From contig JAAOMT010000289.1 of NCBI GenBank assembly GCA_016748015.1, forward strand, positions 259,639 to 323,638: a stretch of DNA of 64,000 bases, in the 5' to 3' direction. The notes under the pieces were generated by a model. That model had not been told where the DNA came from, made no database searches, and saw only the letters and a list, made by a program, of their open reading frames with translations. Shown here piece by piece: positions 37,700 to 52,221 of this stretch. Every line of letters starts with the position of its first letter. The first letter of the stretch is position 1. Source of the DNA: Geosiphon pyriformis uo1 (taxonomy: Eukaryota; Fungi; Glomeromycota). Position numbers and translations under genes: made by a program.

Positions 37700-38600
37700 T
37701 ATATATAAAAATTTGATTTATATAATTAAAATTATAATTAATATATTTAAAATAATTTGTTTTTTTTAAATAAAATTTTTAAAACAAAATTAATTAAAAA
37801 AAATTTATGTTTAAAAATTAATATAATAATACTTTGTAAATATTTTAATTAATTAAGTTAATTAAGACTATATTATATATTAATAATAACAAAAATATTA
37901 TTTTAAAACCTAAAAAAAACAGATATTTTTTATTAAAACCAAAAACAATTAACAAATTTTTACAAATAAACAATATTTTTAAATAAAAAATTAACAAAAT
38001 TACTTTATTAAACAAAATAATATTAATTAACAAGTTATATTTTTTTAAATCTAATTTATATTTAATATATATTATAATTATACATATTTTTAGTAAATAA
38101 CTATTAAACTTGAAACAAAATCAATTATTTTAATATATATATACTTAGTATTATTAAAATTATTAAAAAAATTTTATATTATTTTTTAAAAATAAAGTTT
38201 TTATAAAAAACTATATAAAGCTAATTATTTTTAATAAAATTATATAAAGACTATAATATTAAAAAATACCAATAAAAAACTAAACTAAATTTTTTGTTAA
38301 TTAAAATAATTAAACAAAATAATTTTTTAAATATTATTAAATTTTACACAAAAATACATGAATAAAAAATTTTATTTAACTGTATTAAACATATTTAATA
38401 CTTAAATATAAAAAATTATAAAGTTTTTTTAAAATAACAATCAACAATTTTCTGTAAAAAATCTTTATAATATATATACAAACTGGCAAAAACTTTGTTA
38501 ATATGTTTAGTTAACATATATAAATCAAAATATTAAATCATAAATATTAGTTTTTAATTAATATTTCTAAAAATTAATAAATTTTAATTATATATAAAAA
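37700..38600 (-). mobile_element. Extremely decayed repeat, possibly a LINE 3' fragment
   Basis: Weak colinear similarity to 24350-24800; almost no C/G left. Confidence 0.3.
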
Positions 38601-40563
38601 AAAATTTTGAACACTAGTTGTTAAAATAAAAAATATTGTATAATTTATAAAAAAATTTTGATTTTATTAAATATTATAATATAAATTAAGTAATGAATTA
38701 AAATTTTTTTATAAGTACAATTATTAATTAAATATATATATATAAATAAAAATATTTTATATAATATTATTTAATTAATTTAAGATTTATAAAGCTTTAA
38801 TGTAAAATTTAATAAATAAGTTTGTTTAAAATAGTATTATAATTACTTTATAAATAAAATAGATGTTAAAAATTTGTTTAATATTTAATTTAAATAGTTT
38901 TAATTGTTTTATGTAATTTATATTTTATATATAATAATTAAATTGTACTTGTATTGAGATTTTAAAAAAGTTTTCTTGACAAAATAATTAATAATTAATA
39001 ATTAATTATTACATTTTTATAATTTAAAATTATATAATGTTATTTTCATATTTTTGCAATATTTTTTGCTTAAATAATAATAAATTTAAATTTAAAATTT
39101 GAGTTAAGCAATTTTTTACTTATCACATAAAAAGTTAACAAAACAAAAAATAATTTTTTAATAACTAATAATAATAATATAATAATAATTCAGAATTTAA
39201 AAAAAACAAAATTTTTATTGATATAATAGTAAAAAAAGCAACCAAAATTATGTGTTTTAAATTTGGATTAACTAATACATGTAAAAATAAATGTATTTAA
39301 ACTTGATTCAAGTAAAACCTGTCGTCTCAATCCCAAGTTTTTTATACTAATCTAATTTATTTTTTTAAAATCAAGCTTAGGTGTTTTTTAAAGCCTTGTA
39401 AGGTTTACCCAGCCTTCAAATAGAGCGGATGAGGTCATGGGTGGTAACTATGACAATTTTTTTCTTGGCGTCATACTCCAACTCTTCTTTTTCAGTTATT
39501 TTCAATAGGAGTCAAATCTATCCTAACTTTCTTAACTATTTCAATATTGTAATTTTGTGATAATTACTTTGAAAAATAAAGACAGTCTTTAATTGGAACA
39601 TACAGAATTTGAGAGCGATATACAAAGCTTGATGGATTTTCTGATTTCAAAATTTAAAAACCATCTGAATTTCTATTATTATCGCGCCAAACAAAATTTT
39701 GCCTCTTTATGTCATCAAAAGACCGACATTTAGTTTACGCTATCTAAAAGCAGCACAAGATCTAATCTTGCATGTTTGTTCGGCGTCGATGTTCGTATTT
39801 GCCTGAGAAATCGATGGATCGTGAGGTTGACAAAACGATTTGCAAAAGTTTTAACTTAAATTCTTGATCGTTTGGGATAGAAACGTAATAGCCGGGAATA
39901 CTTTTGCTTACGCGTCGTTTGTTATATATATATGTATTGTTCATTGGTATCATCATGCAATCATGTAATATTGACGATATAGTCGCAGCTGGAAGATGAC
40001 AATATGTATACAAGGTTAGCAGGAAACTAAAATCTTTTCTTGCAAAGTATTTAGGAACGTCACTCTATAAAGATATTTACATCAATAAACAAAAGACATT
40101 TTAATTTCAAGCCTTTGGATGATCCCAAACACACTTATCCACCTCTTCATCTGTCCCACTGGGACGTTATATTTGGTTTATGATCTTCGCAAATGGTTTT
40201 GTTTCCTTCTGAAGATTCTTCCCAAAATTCAAATCTAAGATTATATTTATATCTCATTCTAGAAATAGTCAAATTGTACGATTCATCGTTTCATTTGTTT
40301 TATTAAGTTAAAAGCCCATGAATGCTAGCGTCAATCATTAGTTTGGAAAATGGGTTTCATTTATCGAGAAAATCGACCTTCTATAGGCCTAGTTTGATTA
40401 AACTTTAATAACCGAGAAATTAAAGCATTGCAGCAGCTAATTGGGGGTCTGTATTCTATAAATCACGGGTTTACTAAAAATATACAGATAATCCCGGATC
40501 TTCCAAAAGTTAGACGCGTCTTTCTCTCAACTTTTCTAGCTTGTAAACCTTGAACTAAAAATC

Positions 40564-42051
40564 ATGTTCATAGGAATTGTTGGCTCACTATGTGCTGGAA
40601 AACATACTGTCGCAAAATGGCTTATTTCCACACACGGTTTCATCCATTTGGCTCTAAGTCAACGCGACCACTTTCCAATGGTCCCAGTGGAATTCGATAG
40701 CCCAGTGGAAATGTTACAACATGTTACGAAAAATTGGTCCGAGAATTTTGTCACTTGTGATATTGAGACTATTGATACGTTGGAATTGTTTAGGTTAGCG
40801 GGAGAATTTTCAACTATAGTTATCCTCAATTGCTGATCACACAGAGTTTCTCTTCAAAGAAATGCGTTTTTTTTTAATTTAAATAAATGTTGTCTATCTC
40901 TGTCGCTACTTCTCGATAGAAAACGACCATTTTTCCTGTTGATCTCCGTCGATAGTCCGGTGATGATGCGATATGCAAGATACCTAGATCGGTTAGTAGC
41001 AGAAATTTTCAACCTTCCCATATTTACTACCTAAATAATCGCTTGATAATCTTATTCTCCAGATTCCATAAACATGAAATTAACGAACCAACCTTGGAAG
41101 AATTCGTAATAGAAAGCGATCGACAACTCTACCAATATTATCCTATATCCTCGTTAAACTCACCCCTCTTTTCATTCAAACCGTTAGTCAAACACGGAAT
41201 TATGGAATCCCCTATTAGCGATATGATGAACTTGGCCGATATAAACGTGATTAACCCGTTTAGCGCCTTGCTCCCCTTCTATGCCCGTCTTCACAATTTG
41301 GGGATTACCAATCCGGAACGATTACGACCTTCATGGGATACTTATTTCATGCATATGTCCGATCTCGCGGCGCGTCGATCTAATTGTATGAAACGAAAGG
41401 TTGGATGCGTTTTGGTGAAGGATTGTCGTGTCATCGCTACCGGATATAATGGAACCCCAAGGGGTTTAAAGAATTGTAACGAGGGGGGATGTCAAAGGTG
41501 TAACGCGGCGGTACCTTGTGGTCATGCGTTAGACACGTGTTTATGTTTGCATGCTGAGGAGAATGCTTTGCTGGAGGCTGGAAGAGAGCGTGTCGGCAAT
41601 GGGTGTACATTATATTGTAATACGTAAGTTTGAAGATGTGATTGATTGTTGAAATTCTTAATGTTCCTACTAAAAAAAAATTTATATCTTTAATTTCCTA
41701 AAGATGCCCTTGTCTGAGTAAGTTTTAAAAGATTGTTGGGGGTTTTTTTAATCAGGTCTCGTGCTTTCCCTAAATTCTTTTTATTTTCATCAATTCTATC
41801 ACAAACATAGGATGCACCGTGAAATTGATTCAAGTCGGTGTCAGGGAAGTCGTTTATAATTTGTAAGTTATATCTAATCATATTCTTGATCTTTTGTTTT
41901 TTCCGAGGTGACCAAACCCTAAACAAACCAAAAACATTACAGATCTTACGGAATGGATGATAAAACTGCAGGACTTTTACGAGAAGCCGGTGTCAAATTA
42001 CGACAACATTCGGCGCCGATCATTCGAAAGCGAATATCTAATAGTAATTGA
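40564..42051 (+). CDS. DCD1: dCMP deaminase with N-terminal P-loop domain (6 exons)
   Basis: GIVGSLCAGK; RPSWDTYFM..RRSNCMKR.VG..TGYNGTP; CLHAEENAL; PCLRC split across a 14-nt exon; IQVGVREVVY. Confidence 0.93.
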
Positions 42052-42883
42052 CCATGGAATTGATTTATTCACATTATACAATTAGCAACTGTATCCATTA
42101 TTTTAATATAATAGTTTAATTTTTTTAATACACACCACTATTTCAAAATTCAAAAACTAATATCGCTATCCCACATTATTAAAAATAAGTTATCCTATTT
42201 GTAAAGCTGTTAAAAAAAACCAATTATTAATCCTCGATAAAAATATAAATCAATTATTTTCAACCGTCACAACGTGTTTTAAACTGAATAAATGAAATTT
42301 TGGTGTATAAGTGTATATATAAATGTGAAGGTATGTATGTATGCGTGTGTATATATATAAATCAAGATCTATAGTAAGAATCGATGTACAAACTCTGTTG
42401 ACCGATTTGAAATAAATAAATAAATAAAAGGATCAAATTTGGGGCTAAGGTGAGGATGAGTTTAGAAAGTCGAAAATAATGATAAATAATATTCTACACT
42501 AGAAATTTTTGGGTATGTGGGTTTTTTTTGGCGGGATGAGGAGGATGAATGAGGGTGGTGAGGAGAAGGATGATGATGATGATGATATTGATGATGGTAA
42601 GAGATTGAGGGGAGGTGATGAAGAGAGTAAAAGAATGTTTATTATTGCTTAGGTGCCTAAAGGGTGGTGGGGAAAGAAAGGAGTCAACCGAGGTATAAAC
42701 CGCCGGAAAAAGATATATATATTATCCACATAGAGAAATAAATTCATTTTTCCAAAATAAGAAGTTAGAAAGACCCAAATTGCAAATGCAATGAGAGCAC
42801 AACAATATCGATTCCTCCGATCATTACAAAGAAAAAATACAAAGAGAACACTGTCACTAAGGAAGCAACCTGTTAACCACCTT

Positions 42884-45269
42884 TTACATGTACATTGATA
42901 CTACTTGACGCCGATGATTGCCATTTTGTTTGTAGGAATCGAAATGGTCACTTGAACTGTTTTTACGATTTTTCATGCTTTTACTTTTTTTTGATTTGGT
43001 CACTGTCTTCCAGCCTTCATTTTCTTCGATTGGTTTTAGTGGGGACTTTGGTTCCGATTTTGGTTCTGGTTTGATTTCAATCGGGAGAGGGTTAGTGGGT
43101 TCGGATGGAGTCATTGGTGGGGTAGGAAGTGGATTAGAGCATGTATTTTCGACGTTTGGAGATTCGAGTGAACGTTCAAGTTGACGAGCCTGTGAAGAAT
43201 TCCTCGATGATTTTGAGCTAGCAATAGATTTCGCGGAACTCGTGCTCGTTGTCCGCGATCGGAAACCATTTGAAGTCAATTCGGTCTCACTCAACGATTT
43301 CAATAAACGGGCGTTTTCCAATCGCAATAGTTCAAGTGCTTTTTTGGCTTCTTCTATTTCCCGTGCTAGTAAAGAGTATCCTTGCACTGGTTATTACCCG
43401 GGTCAACAAGTCCACAGATTACTAATAAACTTAATTACTCACTAAATAATAAAAGAAGTGATACTTACTTTGAGCTTGTGTTTTTTGACGTAATTTTGCA
43501 TTCTCCGCTCCGACTTCATGATGCTTCTTTGAGTCTTCGACTGTTAAAAAAATCAAAAAAGGAAATTGTGAGCGACAGGAAAAAAACAAATGAGCGGAAT
43601 AGAACAAACAATACACACTCTTTTTGTTTGCCAAATTTTTGTTTTCACTTTGTAATTGTTTTATGGTCTGTGCATTTTGGGTTAATTGTTTCTTCTGTCG
43701 TTCAATTTGTATTTTATTGTTCTCGAGTTGAATACCAAGACTCGAGATCTCATTACGGAGATTCTCGACGAGAATCTTAGCATCATTTTCCTGATTTCTC
43801 AGTACCATCGCGGTAAATTCGTCTTTTGAGGCCAGTTCTAGACGACACGAGTCCAATTCCGTTCGAGTACGATCAAGTTCTGATTTGGAAAGGTCCAGTG
43901 CTGATTTTGTATCATCCATTACTCGATTAAGTTCACCCAGTTCGGACATGACATCTCTGAAAGCTTTTTGAGTCATCTGTAGATCACGATTCGCATCTCG
44001 TCGTAAGGATTCAGCTTCCGTGGCTTCAGCTCGAACTTTTTCTAGTTCATTTTGAAGTTGAGCCAATTGGGCAGGATTATCTTTAAGGGTGATCCTGGCT
44101 TGTTCCAATTCATGCTTGGCTTGAGCCAATTGAGCGGGTAAATTCTTTGAGATTGCTTTGGCTTGTTCCAGCTCTCTCTGTAGATGAGCGATCTGAGCGG
44201 GTAATTCCTGATTGGTTGCTCGAGTTTCCTCGAGTTCTTGCTTGGTGAAGACAAGTTGGTGTGAGATATCTAAAAGGGCAGATTGTGTTCGGTCATTGTC
44301 ACGATTCACAACAGCGAGATCATGTCGAGCATTGGTTAATGATCGATTTGTTTCTTCGAGTTTTTTCATGAGGTCAAGTAATTTAGTGTGTGATTCATTT
44401 AATGCGGATTTTGTCTCGTCAAGCTCCTTTGTAGAATTGTCCAAAAGTTGTCTAGTCTTTAAGAATTGAGAATTTTTTTCTTTGACTTCAGCGTGAGAAT
44501 GATTTAACTGGGCCGACATATTTTCAAGAGCCTGATCTTTTGTCCTGAAAGCACCATTAACATTTTCCAAGGTTGCTTTTGTCTGTTTGAGCAATGTTTG
44601 GGCATCCTCAAGTGCCTTGTCTTTATTTTGGAGAGCGGTTGTGGCTTGTTTTTGGGCCATTTGTGCGTCCTCTAGGGACTTATCCTTTAGTTGTAAAGCA
44701 GCCTCGGCATGTTTTAGAGATATCTTTAATTCATCAAGTTTCGCCAAAGCGATTTCTAGCTGTTGTTCTTTATCCTTTAGTAGAGAATCTTTTGAGAATA
44801 GCAGGGAATCTTTATTCTGAAGCAGTGAAGTTGATTTTTCAAGTTCAATGACGAGAGCTTGAATACGTTCTTGTAATTCTTCAATCGTTTCTCGAGCACG
44901 AGCCAAGTCCACCTGGAGACTTTCATTAAGCTGAGATAGGTTAGAGTTAGAGTCAACCAATTCAAGGTTCACTGCTTCGAGTCGATCTTTCGTGGCTTCT
45001 AATTCTTTCTTTATGACAGCTTCACCGTTTCTAAACCTTTCAACCTCGTTCTTTAAGTTTCGAACGTCGTCGTTTTCCACCTGGTGCTTTTTGGTTTTTA
45101 TACTCCATTTGCTATGCCAACCGTCACTTTTTACCTTTGTAGAAATTGGAGAAGTTGGTAGTGAAATTGGTTCTTTTTCCACCACTGTGTCAATACTACG
45201 GATAGTATTAACAGTGGGGTTATTAGAGTTGGCAGTTACCGTAGAAGAATTATTGTTTTTATTATTGTG

Positions 45270-45318
<49 letters not shown>

Positions 45319-45368
45319 TTTTTACTAAAGAGACGACTTGGTGATAGGATGCTTCTTCTTGACTTCAT
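42884..45368 (-). CDS. Long coiled-coil protein of unknown function (3 coding exons, ~790 aa)
   Basis: 645-aa heptad-rich ORF spliced (introns at about 43541-43618 and 43387-43468) to the 167-aa ORF; poly-Asn N-terminus; acceptor TTAACAG just before the ATG suggests a 5'UTR intron. Confidence 0.8.
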
Positions 45369-45889
45369 TTTTCTCTGTTAATGGGGAGGAGGGGGGGGGG
45401 GAGAATTTGAGGTTTTTTTTTGATTTTTTCTATTATATAACAAAAGTTAGATAGAGCAGCCTAGAGAGCTTGCTAACTACAATTAAAACAGTAGAAGCAG
45501 TAACACCTTGAGAACAGTACTTGGAGTCAATTCAAGTAGGTCAGGTAGATAGTCTAACAGTATAATTTTTTCTTTTTACTAAAAGGAGTAAAGATAGGAG
45601 AACTAAGAGAGTAAGAAGGGTGAGGAAATTTGGGAAAAAAGAGCAAGAATAAAAAAACTTTGAAAGGCAGAACGATAGATAAAGTAGTAGTAGTTGTAGT
45701 AGTAGTAGTAGTAGATAATAGTAAACAGACAACAATAACAGGACCTCTCGTTACAAAGCCTCCCTGCAAAGAAGAAAAAGGGAATAGAATGGGGGCAGTA
45801 AAAATAGAAATAAGAAATTGACAAAATAAGAAATAGGGAAAAAAATTAGATGGTAAACGTTTATGGGTTTTTTTTTTAATTTTTTTTTG

Positions 45890-45933
<44 letters not shown>

Positions 45934-45938
45934 AAAAA

Positions 45939-46716
45939 NNNNNNNNNNNNNNNNNNNNNNNNNNNNNNNNNNNNNNNNNNNNNNNNNNNNNNNNNNNNNN
46001 NNNNNNNNNNNNNNNNNNNNNNNNNNNNNNNNNNNNNNNNNNNNNNNNNNNNNNNNNNNNNNNNNNNNNNNNNNNNNNNNNNNNNNNNNNNNNNNNNNNN
46101 NNNNNNNNNNNNNNNNNNNNNNNNNNNNNNNNNNNNNNNNNNNNNNNNNNNNNNNNNNNNNNNNNNNNNNNNNNNNNNNNNNNNNNNNNNNNNNNNNNNN
46201 NNNNNNNNNNNNNNNNNNNNNNNNNNNNNNNNNNNNNNNNNNNNNNNNNNNNNNNNNNNNNNNNNNNNNNNNNNNNNNNNNNNNNNNNNNNNNNNNNNNN
46301 NNNNNNNNNNNNNNNNNNNNNNNNNNNNNNNNNNNNNNNNNNNNNNNNNNNNNNNNNNNNNNNNNNNNNNNNNNNNNNNNNNNNNNNNNNNNNNNNNNNN
46401 NNNNNNNNNNNNNNNNNNNNNNNNNNNNNNNNNNNNNNNNNNNNNNNNNNNNNNNNNNNNNNNNNNNNNNNNNNNNNNNNNNNNNNNNNNNNNNNNNNNN
46501 NNNNNNNNNNNNNNNNNNNNNNNNNNNNNNNNNNNNNNNNNNNNNNNNNNNNNNNNNNNNNNNNNNNNNNNNNNNNNNNNNNNNNNNNNNNNNNNNNNNN
46601 NNNNNNNNNNNNNNNNNNNNNNNNNNNNNNNNNNNNNNNNNNNNNNNNNNNNNNNNNNNNNNNNNNNNNNNNNNNNNNNNNNNNNNNNNNNNNNNNNNNN
46701 NNNNNNNNNNNNNNNN
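45939..46716. other. Assembly gap (N run) between poly-A and (AAT)n tracts
   Basis: Seen directly. Confidence 1.
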
Positions 46717-46722
46717 CAACAA

Positions 46723-46855
<133 letters not shown>

Positions 46856-47615
46856 AATCTTTAATGGAGGATAATTTTTTTAAAATTAGAAAATAACTTT
46901 TGTGATACGAATGCAAAGAAATTATAGATTTCATAGAAATTTACAAACAGCAATGTGAACAGTGAAAAGTGATTAAACTTTAATTTTAAAAATAAGTGTT
47001 TCCATAACGAAAGAAAAGGATTAACCTTTCTATCCAGTTTTATTTCATACATTTGTGCATGTACATGTATAATGTATAATGTACATGTATCTCTATCATA
47101 TTTCCTATTATATTCTCTATTAAATTTTTTTTTTTGAATAGCCGGGAACATTTTATTTTGGATCCGGTTTACAATCTGGTTCATTATCATGTTAAAATTT
47201 TTTTTTAAAATTAAAATTAAAAAAAAAAAAAGGTTTTCCATGGAGAATTAAAGCAGTGTCTTATCTTCAATGCAGACGATGCATAGAGAAAGAGCCTGTC
47301 AAAAAAAAAATGTCCATTACGAATGGTAAGGATGATGATGACAATGATGATAATTATAGAAACATCATCATATTTTATAATCCATTGCATAAATAAATAT
47401 ATAAATATATATATATTTATATACATATATAAATTTCTAAATGAGTTCACAAAAGAAAAAAAATCACCAAATACAATTGATTATTTCATCACACGATAGG
47501 ATATCAATATATATTTTTTTTTGGAAATTCCATGAACCACTCATTAGTGGTGAACCCTTTTTTTTTTTTTTCAATATAAATTAAATTATGCAAAATTTCA
47601 AATTTTTATTTTATT

Positions 47616-47648
<33 letters not shown>

Positions 47649-48275
47649 GAAGGTAGAATTTTAAATTCCCCATGTAACCAGTTAAAATTAAAATCAAATA
47701 TCTTTAATGCTATTATTATCATTAATGAATGCATTAATTTATTTCCAATTAAATGACATACATCTTTGGTAATACCATTAATTCTTAATATGAATTGATA
47801 TTACACACGGTGGAAAAAAAAATTTTTGGAAATTTTTCTTATTCAATCTTTATAGTCTCACCTCATCTCACATCAACTCACCTTAGAAACTATTCCTAAA
47901 AGTCGATCAACTCTAACAAACTTGGTCTTGACTAAATACACAGCCCAACTCGGCTTCAATCCAATACCTAATATATCTAGAGTGAGTGAGTAAAGTAATG
48001 GTTCGAAAATCATAACCATACTGATAGGCTTGTGCCCGAGGCAAGTCTGTTCGCCTCAATGGCTTCCACATTACCTACCTGCCTGCTTGCTTGCTTGCTT
48101 GCTTGCTTTGCTTCAACTTTTTCTATATTGTTCAGTACGAAATATTGTTCCATTACGAAACACGGATTTTATTTTAAACATTTTTATTTGGTATAATTTT
48201 CCTCTTCTGAAATAATCAAAAAACTTATTTTTCAATACATGACGATTTTACTACATAAAAAAAATTTATATCATC

Positions 48276-48383
<108 letters not shown>

Positions 48384-48897
48384 CTTTATCGATTATCTTA
48401 GTATTATGATTATCAATAAAATTGTTCTTTAAACTTACTTGCTACGATCTTCTCTTTCGTCTCAAGAACTTGACCTTTTAACACTGTTACGCCTTGGGGA
48501 GTTAAAAAAAGTACTAGTACCGGAAACGAATAAAATGCCATCCGATGCATCATGACCAAAAATAATCATAGCGGATCATATGCTAAGACATTGCTGAGAA
48601 ATCAAGTTTCATCATTACTAAAAAAATCATTTCCAGGGCTTCTTTGAATTAGGTCAAATTGATTTATTTTATTTTATTTTATTTTGTTTTATTTTATTTT
48701 ATTTTCCTGCCTGGAAATGGCAACTAACCATTTGATACACCATAATCCTCTCATCCTTTCCCAGTAAATTTACACATTACTTTTACTCTCCCCGGTTTAC
48801 AAATCCCTTGATCAAGTTTTTTCCATTGTTTTGGTTAGTTAGTTTTTGTAAAAACAAACAGAAAATAATAAAACAAATGATAATAATAATAATAATA

Positions 48898-48929
<32 letters not shown>

Positions 48930-50774
48930 CTCCCCCTTGGATCCTACTATTATTATCATTAATTTTCCCAATAAAAAATTTTTGTTTTCGGCGTGGGGTC
49001 AACTACAAATAACTTTATTTTGATGATATTTCGGTAAATTTTCACGTTTAAACATCAAATTTCTTTGTCTGATTTTTTTGCCGCCCGATCTTTTTTCTGA
49101 TTATTTTTTCAACAAATTATTTGTTTATCATTTAAGATCGTGATAAAAAAATAAACCACTACTAAGACAGACAGACAGACAGATAGACAGATAGACAGAG
49201 ACATACACACACAAACATTATATATTGAAATTTTGTGAGAAAAGGGAATTTTCCCATTGCTCTCCGTACTTCCCCTCATCATTCCTTCATTCTTCTGCTG
49301 CTTCTACTTCTTCTTCTTATTCTTCATCATTATGATCACATAATCATAATACAAATAACCGACTGGCATGATATCAGATTTTTAACTTGATTTTTCTAAT
49401 GGGGAATTTTACTTTGGGAACCTTTTTCCATCACGACAACAACGACAACGATGATGATAATGATAATGATAATGATAATGATAATGATAATGATAATGAT
49501 AACAATGATAAACAGCGCCATTTTCGATTAGTAAAGAATTTTCGATGTGGCGTAAATAATGACTGCAGTAAACAAAGATCACCTTTTCCGAGAAAACAAT
49601 AGAGAAATTCTAATTTTACATTCTCTACTCACTCTGACTTAATCACTTATTTTCACTTTACTTATTTACTATTCGTTCAAAATTCATTTTAAATTAAAAG
49701 TTCTAAAAGATTCTGTTCACGACAGGATGTAATTAAGTAAATCCTTCTCTTTTTTAACTCAAAACCCCAAAATTCTCTAATCGATCTTCGAATCATTATC
49801 AAAATATTTCATTTAGATAAACTACAACTTTCCCCCAATTCAAATTTCCCTGTGAGGAAACGCGAGAAGGATACATTGGATCAAATTACGGCAATCACTA
49901 TATTTGGATAAATTTCAAAAAAAATTAAAATTAAAATTAAAATTTCAACCACCTCAACCAATCATCATCATCCCCTAATAATCTATTTACCAATTCGTAC
50001 ATGGCCATAGATTATTTAAGAAAAAAAAAACCAGTTCTTTAACCTGTCGTAAAAATAAACATTACAGATTATTACCTGTTAACCTTTAAACAACAACAAC
50101 AACAACTTTTGCGACCCCACGAGTTCTTTTTTGATTTTTACCAAATACAATGGCACAACAGGAAAATTTTTCTCGACATTTTGCTTTTAAATTTTGTACC
50201 GCATTACGGCAGGATTGAGAATTACCCTATGACCTTATTCAATGCTTTGTACCCACTTGGGAAATTTGTTTTACCCATTGAAAACACGTGTCGTATCGTA
50301 TCGTATCGTTGTCTCATTAGATCCATTTAAAATTGTAAATATTAATCAATTAATTAAAGAAAATTTTATTTCATTCAAAAAAAAAAAGTAATAATTTTTT
50401 TTTATAAACCATATTTAATTAGCAAAACAAACGCGATATGGTCTACGGCACGTGATTTACAAATATCACCTCACCAATGAAAAAAATATTGTTAAATAAA
50501 ATTTAATATGAATTAATTATTTAATTAATTAATTAAAATAGCAATTTTTATATATTTTATTAAAACTAAAAATTATTTTTTAAAAATAAAAAATAAAAAA
50601 ACTCATTTATTTATTAATTTATTTATTTAATTATTTATGTAATATATTTATTTTTATTTCATTCAAATCTTTAATAATAAGAAACGAATGATTGGTTAAA
50701 AAAATTATTGATCAGATAAAGAAATTTTTTATCAAAATGTACGATCCAGTCTAGTTTGGCAACCCTCATTAAAA

Positions 50775-51290
50775 ATGTCTAATTTTGTGAAAGGTGTTTC
50801 CCCTTCTGCAATCCAATACGATGGCTCCAAGCTCCGAATTTTAATTCTTCACACTCGTTGGAATCTTCAAGTTGTTGAAGCGCTTGTACAAGGTGCTCAG
50901 CATACACTAGTGAAAAAATATAACGTTGATCCTAAAAATATTATCCTAGAGTCAGTACCTGGCTCTTTCGAACTGCCGTTCGCCGCGCGACAGTGCATTA
51001 TCACTTCAGAAAAAACTATTCGTTATGATGCAGTCATATGTATTGGAGTCTTGATAAAAGGTGCTACGATGCATTTTGAATACATTAGTGACGCGATAGC
51101 TCATGGTGTAATGCGTGTTGGTTTGGATACCAACGTACCTTGCATCTTTGGCGTCCTAGCTTGTCTAACAGATGAACAAGCATTAGAGCGAGCTGGGCTT
51201 GGAAATAATCCATCGAAACATAACCATGGGGTTGATTGGGCTCAATGTGCTGTTGAAATGGCTTATAAAACTCGTTATAGTTGGGTTTAA
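50775..51290 (+). CDS. RIB4: 6,7-dimethyl-8-ribityllumazine synthase (intronless)
   Basis: ILHTRWN, VPGSFELP, IGVLIKGATMHFEYI, HNHGVDW..AVEM (fungal type). Confidence 0.96.
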   Translation: MSNFVKGVSPSAIQYDGSKLRILILHTRWNLQVVEALVQGAQHTLVKKYNVDPKNIILESVPGSFELPFAARQCIITSEKTIRYDAVICIGVLIKGATMHFEYISDAIAHGVMRVGLDTNVPCIFGVLACLTDEQALERAGLGNNPSKHNHGVDWAQCAVEMAYKTRYSWV

Positions 51291-51740
51291 AATTAAAATA
51301 ATAACGATATTCTAAATCATTCAATCAATTCTTTTGTTCAAAGTAAAAACTAGATTTCTAAATTTAGCTTCTCACAATAAAGTTTATACCTTTTCAATTC
51401 TTAATATCCTTCTCTTTTCGAAAATATAATTGAAGGTTTTATTTTTGTCATATACCCACGTTAATTGTACTAATGAGATCTAGGTGGCAAATGAAATATC
51501 AATTATCCTCATATTTAAAATCAATAAACTTTATATTCCAGGATCCTCCAAAAGTACTAATAGTTTTCACATTATTAATAGTAATTCCTTCACGACTCGT
51601 TCACTTCGAAATGTTTCTCATTAACATACTATATATATATATGTGTGTATGTATGTATGTATGTTTGTTTTTTGAGTATTGATTTTTTTGATTTTTTTAC
51701 AAAAAGTTATTTGAATTTTTCCTTTATTTCTTGTAATTAA

Positions 51741-51775
<35 letters not shown>

Positions 51776-52221
51776 CAAAACTGTTTAAAAAATAATATTA
51801 AATAACATAAAATAGCAAAAAATAATAAATTATAATTAACAATATATATATTAATTTTTTTATTTTTTTATTTTATTTTAAAAATTTATAAGTAGTCTAA
51901 AAATAATTAAAATTAATACAAATAACTTATTAGTAATTTAACTATTGTAATAAATAATTTAATATTATAATAATTTAATAAAAAGAAAATATATTCTAAA
52001 AAATTCATTTTATAATAAATTATAATTTATTAAAAAAATAAAAAAACAATACTAAATTTTATTAATTGTAATTAAATAATATAAAATAAATTAATAATAA
52101 TTAAAAATAAATACAATTTTTTTTTGTAAAAATACTATTACTTGATTTTTTAATATTTATAAAGCTTTAATATTTTTGTTTTTTATATAAAAAAAATTTA
52201 ATAAGTAAAATAATTAGTAAA

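Noticed and set aside
39440-39456. GTAACTATGAC match to LSU rRNA
   Set aside because: Only about 11 nt and the flanks do not match rRNA.
47995-48015. GGTTCGAA tRNA T-loop-like motif
   Set aside because: No T-stem or cloverleaf can be formed.
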